A stretch of 64,000 nt of DNA from Thermodesulfobacteriota bacterium (GCA_034189385.1 JAXHVD010000001.1:64619-128618); one strand, 5' to 3'. Shown: positions 49,649-61,400, counted from the stretch's first letter. Notes: generated from the letters alone by a model not told the origin. Made by a program: numbers and translations.

Positions 49649-50935
49649 ATGACATCAAGAAGTGAACGCACAACCGGGTACTATAACGGATCGTTTGAAG
49701 CCCTCTCTGTAGAAGAAAGAGTAGCATACCAGAGCGTGGAACTTCAGAAGATCGTGCGACATGCCTATGAGAATGCCCCGGCTATCCGGAGAAAGTTTGA
49801 CCATAGCCAGGTAAAACCCGATGACGTGAAAAGCCTGAAGGACCTTGAAAGGCTTCCCATTACCCACAAGCATGAACTGGTGTCGCTGCAGGAAGAAAGC
49901 CCTCCCTTTGGCGGCTTTTTGGGTGTACCGAAGGAGCGCCTCAAAAGGATCTGTATGTCTCCAGGTCCTATCTATGAGCCCGAAGATATAGACAGCAAGA
50001 ATGATCGTTGGACTCAGGCCTTTTTTGCAGCGGGATTTAGGAAAGGGGACATCGGCCAGATTACTTTTAGTTACCACCTCGTACCTCCAGCCTTCTGGTT
50101 TGAAGATTCCCTTCATAGGTTGGGGTGCATTGCAACACCGGGCGGTGTAGGAAATACTGAACTCCAAGTGCGGATGATGCACGATCTGAAGGTAACAGGA
50201 TATATTGGCACTCCCAGCTTTCTCGGCAACATCTCCGAAAAGGCTCAAGAGGTGGGCTATGACTTGCAGCGGGACCTTTACCTGGAGGTGGGTTTTGTGG
50301 CAGGGGAAATGCTACCCGAATCGCTCCGCGATGAGTTGGAGCAGAGTTTTGGCATGATTTTAAGGCAGGGATACGGCACGGCTGATGTTGGCTGTCTTGG
50401 CTATGAGTGTTTTCACAAGAACGGTATGCATTTTCCTTACAACTGCATTGTGGAGATCGTAGATCCTGACACCGGTAAGCAGCTTGGCCCTGGCGAGACA
50501 GGAGAGATCGTGGCGACTGTTTTTGATGAAGCCTACCCCATGATCCGTTTCGGCACCGGGGACCTTTCGTATTTCACGGAAGAACCCTGTCCCTGTGGCC
50601 GCTCAACACCTCGCTTGGTAAAAATCCTGGGACGCCTGGACCAGGTCACAAAGGTCAAGGGGATGTTCATCCATCCAGGCAATGCCGAGGAAGTGGCGAA
50701 CAAGTTTCCTGAGATTGATCACTGGCAGGTAGTGGTCACCCGCGAGGGCCATGTAGACCAGATGACCTTCTGCATTGAACTCAAAGAAGATGGTGAAGCT
50801 TCTGAAGGGCTTGCCGAACGTATTGAGGCGGCCATCCCGACGAGCATGCGCGTTCGGGGCAAAGTGAAATTCCTTGCCCCCGGAACGCTGCCAAAGGACT
50901 GCAAGAAGGTAGACGACCAAAGGAAGTGGGATTAG
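49649..50935 (+). CDS. Phenylacetate-CoA ligase family protein (PaaK / F390 synthetase-like)
   Basis: 428 aa. LERLPITHKHEL, GYIGTPSFL, YGTADVG, FGTGDLS, and a C-terminal small domain. This is the PaaK-like adenylate-forming layout. Confidence 0.8.
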   Translation: MTSRSERTTGYYNGSFEALSVEERVAYQSVELQKIVRHAYENAPAIRRKFDHSQVKPDDVKSLKDLERLPITHKHELVSLQEESPPFGGFLGVPKERLKRICMSPGPIYEPEDIDSKNDRWTQAFFAAGFRKGDIGQITFSYHLVPPAFWFEDSLHRLGCIATPGGVGNTELQVRMMHDLKVTGYIGTPSFLGNISEKAQEVGYDLQRDLYLEVGFVAGEMLPESLRDELEQSFGMILRQGYGTADVGCLGYECFHKNGMHFPYNCIVEIVDPDTGKQLGPGETGEIVATVFDEAYPMIRFGTGDLSYFTEEPCPCGRSTPRLVKILGRLDQVTKVKGMFIHPGNAEEVANKFPEIDHWQVVVTREGHVDQMTFCIELKEDGEASEGLAERIEAAIPTSMRVRGKVKFLAPGTLPKDCKKVDDQRKWD

Positions 50936-50941
50936 CGACCC

Positions 50942-51415
50942 CTATCTCTCTAAACATTGTTGCGCCCTCACAAGGGCGGCATGGCCATGCTCCCACTTGG
51001 ATGGCAATGCCTCCTGTGCATGTCTAATGAGTTTATCGTAGTTCTCCACCATCTTCAGGCTGATTTCCTTCATGTCATGGTCTCCGTATTCAGCCTTCCT
51101 TCTATATCTGTCTCTTTTCTCCTGGTTCTCCATCAAGGCCCCACAGTTCTTCACGCCCAAATCGTACCAGTAATAGGCTCTCTTCGTGGCAGCACGGAAG
51201 CAATCCTTTCTGACATCTCCTCTCTGGAGCCTGTCGATTTGAATCTTTGCCTTGCCCAACAATAGTGCCAATTCTTCCTGTGAGGCTCCGTCCTCTATGG
51301 CTGCCTTCACTCTGCCCAAGGCCTCCAAGACGTCCTGATCGCCGCTTGTTGCCACAGAAAAAGACAGGGCGACGATTATTACTACCAGTATGTTCATCCT
51401 GCAAAGCTGTCTCAT
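50942..51415 (-). CDS. Hypothetical secreted alpha-helical protein
   Basis: 157-aa ORF with a signal-like MNILVVIIVALSFSVATSG. No family recognised. Convergent with the PaaK-like gene, 6 nt apart. Confidence 0.5.
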   Translation of the reverse strand: MRQLCRMNILVVIIVALSFSVATSGDQDVLEALGRVKAAIEDGASQEELALLLGKAKIQIDRLQRGDVRKDCFRAATKRAYYWYDLGVKNCGALMENQEKRDRYRRKAEYGDHDMKEISLKMVENYDKLIRHAQEALPSKWEHGHAALVRAQQCLER

Positions 51416-51637
51416 GCTGTATCCTCAAAAATATGTATTCTCCCAGTTGATAAAAAGGGTTCCAGGAATCAAGGGCTCAAGCGGTTTCGGCCTGCCGCCC
51501 ACATCCCTTTTCCATAAACTCCCCAATCCAAAGGCGGTTCACTCGACCCCTAAACGCCTGATCCCTAAAATCCTTATGATCGGACTTTTTTTGAACCGAA
51601 TAAGCGAGGGCAATACGAAAATGAAATACTAAACTCC

Positions 51638-53341
<1,704 letters not shown>

Positions 53342-54172
53342 TCAAAGTCCCATTGCCCACTTGCGAACTGCTTGGTTCAGGAGTTCATAGAAACGCCGGG
53401 AGCCTCCGAGGCCCTTGCGGCCAAAACAAAAATTGATTTCTGAAAGGAGAGGTTCTGGCTCCCGATGGGTCCGGTCGAAGAGAACATCAAAGGCAGCCAA
53501 GTTAATGCCTGTCCTTGCGCAAAAGCGCTCCACGCACCGTATTGCCTTTTCTGTGAGTTCCGGGTCAAGAAGATCATTGATGACGGCGCCCCTTCCCACA
53601 TTATTGCGAAATTCTCCAGGCTCTTGCTGGCACCTCCAGTAGGCCTTCATGTGCTTACCGATGACCACGACACGCAAGTCCCTTCCTTTATGGGGGATGA
53701 ATTGCTGAGCAATGAAACGCTTCGTGGGGTGACGGCCCACATCGTCTAGGATCTTAAGCCGGTCCATGAGGTCCTGCCCATTTCTTACCAAGAATACCCC
53801 CCAGCCTCCTCCGCCCCTATCTGCTTTCAAGACAAATGGAAATGGCAGTAAAGGGTTTTCATTCTTGTGATGGCGAGACACAAAATCTTCAACCGATTCA
53901 TAGCAGTTGGTCTCAGGGTGGGGGGCATGAAATTGTCTAAAGAGTTTGATGTTTCCATACTTACCTTCAAAGCCGAACCTGTGTGTATAATCGGGAAAGA
54001 CGTGGGAACAACGGGAGCTGCAAAACTGGTAGGGGTCTGATTTAACGCTTTGAGGCAGAACAACGCCCCGTGCTAAGGAGATGGCCCTGCTCTGTGCTTC
54101 CGCAAAGGGGCCCTTTAGGGTGAGTCGAAGATTGACATCCCCCTTCACGTGACGATGGAAGGATAGGATCAT
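53342..54172 (-). CDS. ATP-grasp domain protein (RimK/GshB-like), substrate unknown
   Basis: FPFVLKADRGGGGWGVFLV, IAQQFIPHKGRDLRVVVIG, FRNNVGRGA, AAFDVLF. Confidence 0.7.
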   Translation of the reverse strand: MILSFHRHVKGDVNLRLTLKGPFAEAQSRAISLARGVVLPQSVKSDPYQFCSSRCSHVFPDYTHRFGFEGKYGNIKLFRQFHAPHPETNCYESVEDFVSRHHKNENPLLPFPFVLKADRGGGGWGVFLVRNGQDLMDRLKILDDVGRHPTKRFIAQQFIPHKGRDLRVVVIGKHMKAYWRCQQEPGEFRNNVGRGAVINDLLDPELTEKAIRCVERFCARTGINLAAFDVLFDRTHREPEPLLSEINFCFGRKGLGGSRRFYELLNQAVRKWAMGL

Positions 54173-54191
54173 CTCTGGAAAGCTCTTCCGC

Positions 54192-56771
54192 TTAACCTGC
54201 CAGCACCGCCTCGTCAGGTGCCCAGACCACTAGCCCTGTGGTGTAGGGGGTTTCCATCTTCTGGCGGCTTGGCATGATTCTGATAGTAAAACCGTACTTG
54301 CCGGTCTCGGGACAGGGAATCTGCCCCTGAAAATGATGGTTGCCGTTTCCATCTGAGTTTACCGCCTTCATCGGTATGGTCTCTCTTTGGGTGAATTCCC
54401 CCTCAAAACTAAGTGGTCCAAAATAGACTTCCACATCTACGTCTTCCGCCTGAAGTCCATGCAAATAGACATCGCTGTCCACATTAAGGAGGCCAGACAC
54501 AGGCACTGGACGACTATCGGACACATGGACCCGGTTGATCCGAATCTGGTCCCAGTTGGTCATGAGCTTCTGTCGCCACAGGGCTAGATCTTCAGCTCCT
54601 TTCATTTCGTCCTTGGAAAGCTCGCCATGGCGCTTGGCACCACTGCTGTAAAAATGGTTGACGTAGTCCTGAACCATCCGATGGCTGTTGAAATTGGGAC
54701 AGAGATGGCACATGGCCGCTTTCATCTTTTCCAGCCAGCCGCGAGGCAGGTTATCCAGGCCCCGTTCGTAAAAGAGGGGTACGATCTCCCGCTCTAAGAG
54801 ATTGTAAATGTCCCGACTCTCCACTTCATCTTGCAGCTGCAAATCATCATAGGTCTCTCCCCTGCCAATGGCCCAGCCGAACTCCTGACCATAGCCTTCA
54901 TCCCACCACCCATCCAGAGTGCTCAGATTCAGAACCCCATTGGGTATGGCCTTCATGCCGCTGGTACCACAGGCCTCGAGCGGTCTTTGGGGATTGTTGA
55001 GCCACAGATCGCAGCCTTGAAGCATCATGCGTGCCACGCGAATATTGTAGTCTTGGATGAACACAAAACGGTGACGTACCTCTTTTCTACTGGCGAAGTG
55101 GATGATTTTCCTGATGAGCTCTTTGCCAGGCGTATTTTGAGGATGGGCCTTGCCTGCCATAATGATCTGTATGGGTCGCTCCGTGTCTGTCAGCAGTTTG
55201 ATGAGCCTGGCCTCATCGTGCAAGATAAGACTTGTTCGCTTATACTCTGCAACACGACGGGCAAAACCGATCGTCAAAATCTCAGGGTTCAAGACTTGCC
55301 CGGCCGCGTTTATCTCTCGGGTCGAAGCCCCTGTGCTTTTCAGCTGAGCCTGCAACACCTTCCTTGCGAACGCAACCAAGCGTTCCCGCCTTCGTTCATG
55401 GGTGCGCCACAATTCCGAATCTGGAATCTGCTCCACCTGCTTCCATACCTTCTGGCTGTCTGGATCTTCGACCCAGTTTGGTCCCAGGTATCTGTCAAAG
55501 AGCTCGGCCACGTCCTGGGAGATCCAAGTGGGGATGTGAATGCCGTTGGTTATGGCATAGATCGGAATGTCTTCCACAGGGTTCTTGGGCCAGATCTTTT
55601 GCCACATCTTGCACGAAACCTTGCTATGCAACCGACTCACGGCATTGGCATGGGCTGAGAGCCTTAATGCCAGCACTGTCATGGAAAAATGCTCCTCGTC
55701 GTTAGAAGGGTCCTGTCGTCCGAAGCCCAAAAAGACCTTAAAGGCGACCCCGAGAGAAGGGACGTAATCTCCAAAATAGGTGTGCATAAGGTCTGGAGAA
55801 AACACATCATGCCCTGCTGGCACCGGGGTGTGTGTGGTGAACGTATTCGTGGCCACCACAAACTCCCTGGCCGCGTCAAAGGACAGGCCATGCTCGTTTT
55901 TCAAGATGCGAATCCGTTCCAGGGCAGAAAAGGCGGAATGGCCTTCGTTCATGTGGTACGCACAGGGTTCTACGCCCAAGGCTTGGAGCGCCCGAACGCC
56001 CCCGATTCCCAACACAATCTCTTGGCGAACGCGCATGTCCCAGTCGCCGCCATAAAGCCGAGCTGTGATATGGCGATGTTCAGGGGAGTTCTCCTTCAAG
56101 TTTGTGTCAAGCAGGAATAAGGGGACCCGCCCAACCATGACCTGCCATATCTGAATCTTCACCGATTCCCCACGAATCAACACCTCGACCATGAGGGGTT
56201 GCCCATTTTCGTCCTTCATCAGGCTGACAGGCATGGTGGTGACATCGTTTTCAGGATAGGCTTCCTGCTGCCAACCATCGGCATTTAAGTACTGCTGAAA
56301 GTAGCCTTCGTGGTAAAAGAGGCCAACACCTACCACGTGCAGATTTAGGTCGCTGCATGATTTCAAATGGTCCCCTGCAAGAACACCCAACCCTCCGGAA
56401 TAGATGGGCAAACATTCAGCTAGACCGAATTCGGCCGAAAAATAGGCAACACAGGCTTCACTGGAATCTTGGGTGTTACTGACAGGGTGGGGATGGACAG
56501 AGAGATACCTCTGCAAATCCTCGTCAGCACGGTCCATCTGGGCCAGAAAACCTGCATCTTGTGTTAACTCCTCAAGACGCATTTGATTAATGGCTCCAAG
56601 CATATAGACTGGATTGTGTTTGGAAGCCTCCCACAACTCGCCGTCCATGCGCCTGAACAGACTGGCAATGTCATGGTGCCAGCTGAACCACAAATTATAT
56701 GCCAGCTTATTCAGAGGATTTAACCTGTCAGGGAGCTTGGCGAGCACATTGTACTTGTAGACCGCCTTCAT
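54192..56771 (-). CDS. glgP: Alpha-glucan phosphorylase (GT35 with a DUF3417-type N-terminus)
   Basis: 859 aa. LAYNLWFSWHHD N-terminus, YFSAEFG, GGLGVLAGDHLKS, and EACGTSGMKAIPNG (PLP lysine region). Confidence 0.9.
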   Translation of the reverse strand: MKAVYKYNVLAKLPDRLNPLNKLAYNLWFSWHHDIASLFRRMDGELWEASKHNPVYMLGAINQMRLEELTQDAGFLAQMDRADEDLQRYLSVHPHPVSNTQDSSEACVAYFSAEFGLAECLPIYSGGLGVLAGDHLKSCSDLNLHVVGVGLFYHEGYFQQYLNADGWQQEAYPENDVTTMPVSLMKDENGQPLMVEVLIRGESVKIQIWQVMVGRVPLFLLDTNLKENSPEHRHITARLYGGDWDMRVRQEIVLGIGGVRALQALGVEPCAYHMNEGHSAFSALERIRILKNEHGLSFDAAREFVVATNTFTTHTPVPAGHDVFSPDLMHTYFGDYVPSLGVAFKVFLGFGRQDPSNDEEHFSMTVLALRLSAHANAVSRLHSKVSCKMWQKIWPKNPVEDIPIYAITNGIHIPTWISQDVAELFDRYLGPNWVEDPDSQKVWKQVEQIPDSELWRTHERRRERLVAFARKVLQAQLKSTGASTREINAAGQVLNPEILTIGFARRVAEYKRTSLILHDEARLIKLLTDTERPIQIIMAGKAHPQNTPGKELIRKIIHFASRKEVRHRFVFIQDYNIRVARMMLQGCDLWLNNPQRPLEACGTSGMKAIPNGVLNLSTLDGWWDEGYGQEFGWAIGRGETYDDLQLQDEVESRDIYNLLEREIVPLFYERGLDNLPRGWLEKMKAAMCHLCPNFNSHRMVQDYVNHFYSSGAKRHGELSKDEMKGAEDLALWRQKLMTNWDQIRINRVHVSDSRPVPVSGLLNVDSDVYLHGLQAEDVDVEVYFGPLSFEGEFTQRETIPMKAVNSDGNGNHHFQGQIPCPETGKYGFTIRIMPSRQKMETPYTTGLVVWAPDEAVLAG

Positions 56772-57133
56772 GAATGGTCTTCTTTCTTCGTTACGTCGGC
56801 AAGTTTTGACTTCAGTTCCGTGAGGTCGTGGGACTTGACTACGTAGTGGTCCGCTGCCACTGACTTGACATCTTCTCTATAAGAATCGTAGGCTGTGTTC
56901 ATAATGACTGGTAACTCAGGGTAGAGATTACGCACTTCCTGAAGCAGATCCAATCCGTCGCAGTCTTCCATCCGGATATCCAGTACCACGGCTGAGGGTT
57001 GGACAGAGGCAATAAGATCCAACAGCTCCCTGCCTTCGCCGGTTGTGACGACCTCATAACCCTCGTCACCCAATTCCACTTCATAGAGGTTTCTTATACT
57101 TTTTTCGTCATCAACAACCAGTATCCGAGCCAT
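56768..57133 (-). CDS. Single-domain response regulator (CheY-like receiver)
   Basis: ILVVDDEKS, VVLDIRMEDCDG (phospho-Asp), VIMNTAY, YVVKS. Its stop overlaps the glgP ATG (ATGA, 56768-56771). Confidence 0.85.
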   Translation of the reverse strand: MARILVVDDEKSIRNLYEVELGDEGYEVVTTGEGRELLDLIASVQPSAVVLDIRMEDCDGLDLLQEVRNLYPELPVIMNTAYDSYREDVKSVAADHYVVKSHDLTELKSKLADVTKKEDHS

Positions 57134-57165
57134 AAGCCCTCCCTTGGCATGCGCTCGCAGCGCAT

Positions 57166-58261
57166 TTATCCCTTTGCAAGGAGAACCCCCTCGATAAAGG
57201 GATCCAGGTTTCCGTTAAGGACATCGTTGACGTTTCCTATGTCAAGGCCAATGCGATGGTCTTTGACCAACTGGTAGGGATGGAGCGTGTATGACCTGAT
57301 TTGACTTCCCCAGGCAATCTCTTCCTTTTTCTGGTAGTCTGCCTGCTTTTCCGCCGCTCTTTTCTCTTCTTCGTGTTCGTACAAGCGGGATCTTAAGACT
57401 TTCATGGCAATAGCCTTATTCCTGTGTTGGGAGGATTCCTGCTGACACTGTACCACGATTCCTGTTGGCAAATGTGTCAGGCGAACAGCAGAACTGGTTT
57501 TGTTCACATGTTGTCCGCCGGCTCCGCTGGCACGGAAGGTCTCCATGCGCAGGTCCTTTTCATCTATGTCGATAACGACTTCTTCGTTGACTTCTGGATA
57601 GACCGAGACCGAGGCAAAAGAAGTGTGGCGCTTTTTGCTGGCATCAAAGGGCGAGATGCGCACTAACCGATGAATTCCGGTTTCCGTCTTAAGGTAACCG
57701 TAGGCATTTAGACCCCCAGCAATGAAGGTAACGCTCTTAATGCCAGCCTCTTCCCCTGGTTGGAAGTCCACGACGCTAGCCTTGTATTTCTTCCGTTCTG
57801 TCCACCGAACATACATGCGAAATAGCATCTCGACCCAGTCTTGAGCCTCTGTTCCGCCTGCGCCCGCATTGATGGAAACAATGGCATTCTTTTCGTCATC
57901 TTTGCCTTTAAGCATCCAGGCAAGGGTCATCTGGCGGACGGCTCTTTCCGACTCCTTGACTGTTAGGGACACCTCTTCAATGGCCGCCGTATCATCTTCC
58001 TCCATGGCTAGATCCAAGAGAAGGGCAGCATCTTCGAGTCCGTTTTGCACCTTCTGCCAGCAATTGAGGTCGCCAGAAAGGGCTGTCCTTTCTTTCAGTA
58101 TTTCCCTCGTCTCTCCTGGAGTATCCCAGAAGCCGTTTTTAGAAATGATAGCCTCAATCTCACTGAGGCGCTTTTCTTTGCCCTCTACGTCAAAGATAAC
58201 CCCTCAGTTGTTCTAGCCTATTTTGAAGCGATCTGATTTTACCTTTTAGTTCCATTGACAT
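57166..58261 (-). CDS. prfB: Peptide chain release factor 2, expressed through a programmed +1 frameshift
   Basis: ORF0 runs from ATG 58261 (MSMELKGKIRSLQNRLEQLRGYL) to an in-frame TGA at 58192-58190. The +1 frame continues DVEGKEKRLSEIEAIISKNGFWD and joins the 294-aa track ORF, which carries SPF (RISPFD) and GGQ (SGAGGQHVNKT). Confidence 0.93.
58189..58195 (-). other. prfB: prfB +1 ribosomal frameshift site CTT TGA C
   Basis: The minus strand reads ctg AGG GGT TAT CTT TGA C. The spacing of the internal SD-like AGGGG to the slippery CUU-UGA-C matches the classic E. coli prfB site. Confidence 0.9.
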
Positions 58262-58297
58262 GGCAATACCTCCTGACCTGTAAGGCGTAGGAATTGG

Positions 58298-58327
58298 CTC
58301 TCTTGGCCGCCATGGCGGCCAAGAGAG
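58298..58327. repeat. 30-bp perfect palindrome between lnt and prfB
   Basis: ctctcttggccgccatggcggccaagagag, verified base by base around the ccatgg centre. It lies 37 nt upstream of the prfB ATG. No U-run follows on the transcribed strand. Confidence 0.9.
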
Positions 58328-58422
58328 GTAGGCCCGTTCAGTGCCTGATAGCTACATATTGTACATCAGCCTCAGCCTTTTTCAAGGCCGAGGGGTGTAA
58401 AATTCCCGTTTCCGCCAGTCTC

Positions 58423-59991
58423 CTAGGACCTGTTGCCAAATAAGGCGTGCCTAGAAGCCCAGACGCACATGACCAGACTGACCAAAATACATCCTGCGGC
58501 AAAGAGATCCCCGAAACGTGCATAAAAGGTCTTCTGGCCCATCACGGGCAGTGGGCGCGCTCTGACAGCCTCTTCGAACAAAGGAGTCGAATCAAGGATT
58601 CTGCCCACTGGATCAATAAAGGCGCTGATGCCAGTGTTGGCTGCTCTGGCCAAGGCTATATGGTTTTCAACTGCTCGAAATACTGCCATGGAAAGGTGTT
58701 GGTAGGGGGCACTTGAGGTGCCGAACCAGGCATCATTAGTGATGTTCACCAGAAGTTGGGCGCCGTTTTGGCACATGGCTCGGGCAAGCTCCGGAAAGAT
58801 GACTTCAAAACAGATCAGAACGCCCAACTTTTCACGTTCCAGGGAAAGGAGACGCCCCTTGTCGCCAGGCCTAAAATCCCCTACCGTCTTAACCAACTTT
58901 CCTATGAAGGGGAAAAATTTTTTTAACGGGATATATTCCCCGTAGGGCACCAAGTGGACTTTGTCATATTTTCCCAACACTTCGCCAGCGGGATTCAGCA
59001 AATAGGCACTGTTGTGCCAGTACATCTCTTGTCCGCAGGTGCGAAAAGAGGGGCTGCCCACAAGGAAATGGACCTTGCAGGCACGAACCAGCTCCACCAC
59101 CTGTCTTGTTAAGGCTTCGTCGTGCAGAAAGTAAAAGGGCAACGCCGTTTCTGGCCATACGATGAGATCGGGCCCGCTTGGCAACGCTGCAAGAGACAGC
59201 TTCCCATATCGGTGCACGGTTTCGCCTTGAAACGAAGGGAGCCACTTTTTGGTCTGGTCAATATTCCCTTGGGCCAAGGCCACGGTTCTCTTGGGCGCGG
59301 TCTTGGCAATGTTTCCCACCTCAGACATACGCCATGTGCCGTACCAAAGAAAAGCGGCAACAGCCAAGGCGACGGCTAGGATCGGCTTCCAGAAACAGGC
59401 ATGCCCTTGTCTTATGGCACCCCAAAGCTCATAGATGGCGGCATTAACGGCCACAATGAGTGCGGACAGCCCATATACACCCAATATATCTGAAATCTGG
59501 ATGAGATGCAACTGACTATACTGGGAGTATCCCAGATTTTCCCACGGAAAGCCGGACAGAAGAAAAGCTCTCATGTATTCTAGTGCTACCCATAAGACAG
59601 GGGCGCTCCAAAGGTATGCCCCAGAACGAGTTTGCAGGTAGGTGACAAGGAGTGCAAAGGCCGCCGGATATAGGCTGAGATAAATGACAAGGAGAAAAAG
59701 TATGCCCCAAGACACCACCATAGGTAGCTGGCCATAAGTTTCCATGACTCCGGCAATCCAATACAGCAGAGTGACGTAGTGAACCAGGCCTGCAAGAAAA
59801 CCAATCTTGAAACCAACTTGGGGGGACTTGGCCCTCATCGCATGAAACAGGGGCAAGAAGGCAATCCACGCCAAAAATTCCCAGCCAAGCTTGGGAAATG
59901 AGGCGGTGAGCAGGAGTCCCGAAACTCCTGCAAGGCTGGCATCACCGGTTGAGACGCCGAAAGCTTTCTTCTTGATGAGCGGAACTGTCAT
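58423..59991 (-). CDS. lnt: Apolipoprotein N-acyltransferase
   Basis: 522 aa. The multi-TM N-half has FPWENLGYSQ. The C-terminal CN-hydrolase domain has VWPETALP, LICFEVIFPE and NITNDAWFG. Confidence 0.88.
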   Translation of the reverse strand: MTVPLIKKKAFGVSTGDASLAGVSGLLLTASFPKLGWEFLAWIAFLPLFHAMRAKSPQVGFKIGFLAGLVHYVTLLYWIAGVMETYGQLPMVVSWGILFLLVIYLSLYPAAFALLVTYLQTRSGAYLWSAPVLWVALEYMRAFLLSGFPWENLGYSQYSQLHLIQISDILGVYGLSALIVAVNAAIYELWGAIRQGHACFWKPILAVALAVAAFLWYGTWRMSEVGNIAKTAPKRTVALAQGNIDQTKKWLPSFQGETVHRYGKLSLAALPSGPDLIVWPETALPFYFLHDEALTRQVVELVRACKVHFLVGSPSFRTCGQEMYWHNSAYLLNPAGEVLGKYDKVHLVPYGEYIPLKKFFPFIGKLVKTVGDFRPGDKGRLLSLEREKLGVLICFEVIFPELARAMCQNGAQLLVNITNDAWFGTSSAPYQHLSMAVFRAVENHIALARAANTGISAFIDPVGRILDSTPLFEEAVRARPLPVMGQKTFYARFGDLFAAGCILVSLVMCVWASRHALFGNRS

Positions 59992-60274
59992 GGATCACAT
60001 AGGTGTTCTGAGGACAGCTACCATCTCAATAGTCATATGGGAAGGAAAAATGGCCAAGAGCCCATCCACTGGTCTGCTCATCCGCTGGTCGCCGTGAACC
60101 CCTAAATTGGGCGGATTCCGTGCCGGGGCTCGACCATCTACGGGCAGAATATCAAACTGTTCAAGTGCAGTTTTTCATTTTAAAGAGGGTGAAGTCGTTC
60201 GGCGAACGTAGTTGCCTCTTTGATTCGTGATCCGCCGCTGCCGACTGTGGGCTTGTGGCCAAGGTGCACGTCTG

Positions 60275-60303
60275 TTGACACTGCTGGAAGCAACGATTAT
60301 TAT
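60275..60303 (+). promoter_or_regulatory. Sigma70-type promoter upstream of the GT9 gene
   Basis: TTGACA (60275-60280), 17-nt spacer, TATTAT (60298-60303). Confidence 0.45.
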
Positions 60304-60311
60304 TTAATATT

Positions 60312-61400
60312 TTGGACCTAAGGCGCTCTTGGCTAGCCAGTTTTGGTCGCTTTCTGCCCTGTGGGGGTGTCCACCTGGCCTCTGAGGCGAGTGGTCGTGA
60401 TCTTCGGGCTGCGGGACCTTTTGCCGTGAACGAGAAAATACTAGTGATTCATCAGGGGGCCCTAGGTGATGTGATTCTCAGCTTCCCGGCCCTTCGATCC
60501 TTGAGGCGGGAAAGAGACGCCTCCATGGCCCTTTTGTGCAAGGATCAGGTTGGGAGAATGGCCCAAGAGTCGAAGGTCGTGGATGCTCACTTCCCTGTTG
60601 AGCGTGCACATTTCTGTGGTTTGTTTTCCAGTCATATGAGTCACGATATGCAAGGTTTTGTTAGCGAATATGACACCATCCTCTTGATTGGATTCTCACA
60701 GGAGATGGAAGGGACAATCAAGCAGCATTATGAGAGGCCCGTTTACAGGATAACCCCTCGTCCTCCTGCAGAGGAGGAAAGGCATGTGGCCGTTCATCTG
60801 ATAAGGCAATTGCAGGCAAGGGGGCTGTTGAGACAGGGAGAACCTGAAATCGCCGGCACGCTCTCCTCCTTTGCCTGTCTAGCTGGCGATCAAGGCAAGA
60901 GAGAGCTACCTGGTGAGCTCGTTCTTGTTCACCCTGGTGCAGGAAGTAAGAGAAAACGCTGGCCTCTGGAAAAGTTCATTGACGTGGCTGCTGCCACAAG
61001 ACAGATGGGCCTGACAGAGGTAGCTTTTGTCATAGGGCCTGCTGAAAGAGACCTTCTGCCCCACGTGGTGAGGGCGACACAGGGCCGGTTTTCGGTCCAT
61101 TATGTAGAAGACCTTGCACAAGTGATGGCCCTTATGCAGGCCTCTAGGTGTTTTGTTGGCAATGATTCAGGTTTGACCCACTTGGCCGCCTTTAAGGGAC
61201 TTCCTACAGTGGCCGTCTTTGGCCCCTCCAGCCCTAAGAGATGGTCACCAATCGGCTGTAACACAGCGGTACTTCGGAGTGACGTGGACTGTGTCCCCTG
61301 TTTTGAGTTAGAAGAGACAAACTGCGATCATCCTCAATGCCTGAATGGCGTCTCTGTCAAGATGGTCCTGGAGGCTATCGGAAGTTTCCAGACAATCTGA
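60312..61400 (+). CDS. Glycosyltransferase family 9 (heptosyltransferase-like)
   Basis: ILVIHQGALGDVILSFPALRSLR, HPGAGSKRKRWP, FVGNDSGLTHLAA. The predicted promoter places the TSS near 60310, so the real start is probably the in-frame GTG at 60426 (VNEKILVIH). Confidence 0.75.
   Translation: MDLRRSWLASFGRFLPCGGVHLASEASGRDLRAAGPFAVNEKILVIHQGALGDVILSFPALRSLRRERDASMALLCKDQVGRMAQESKVVDAHFPVERAHFCGLFSSHMSHDMQGFVSEYDTILLIGFSQEMEGTIKQHYERPVYRITPRPPAEEERHVAVHLIRQLQARGLLRQGEPEIAGTLSSFACLAGDQGKRELPGELVLVHPGAGSKRKRWPLEKFIDVAAATRQMGLTEVAFVIGPAERDLLPHVVRATQGRFSVHYVEDLAQVMALMQASRCFVGNDSGLTHLAAFKGLPTVAVFGPSSPKRWSPIGCNTAVLRSDVDCVPCFELEETNCDHPQCLNGVSVKMVLEAIGSFQTI

Noticed and set aside
54831-55658. 275-aa plus-strand ORF, plus 55232-55705 and 55689-56120
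   Set aside because: Antisense to glgP.
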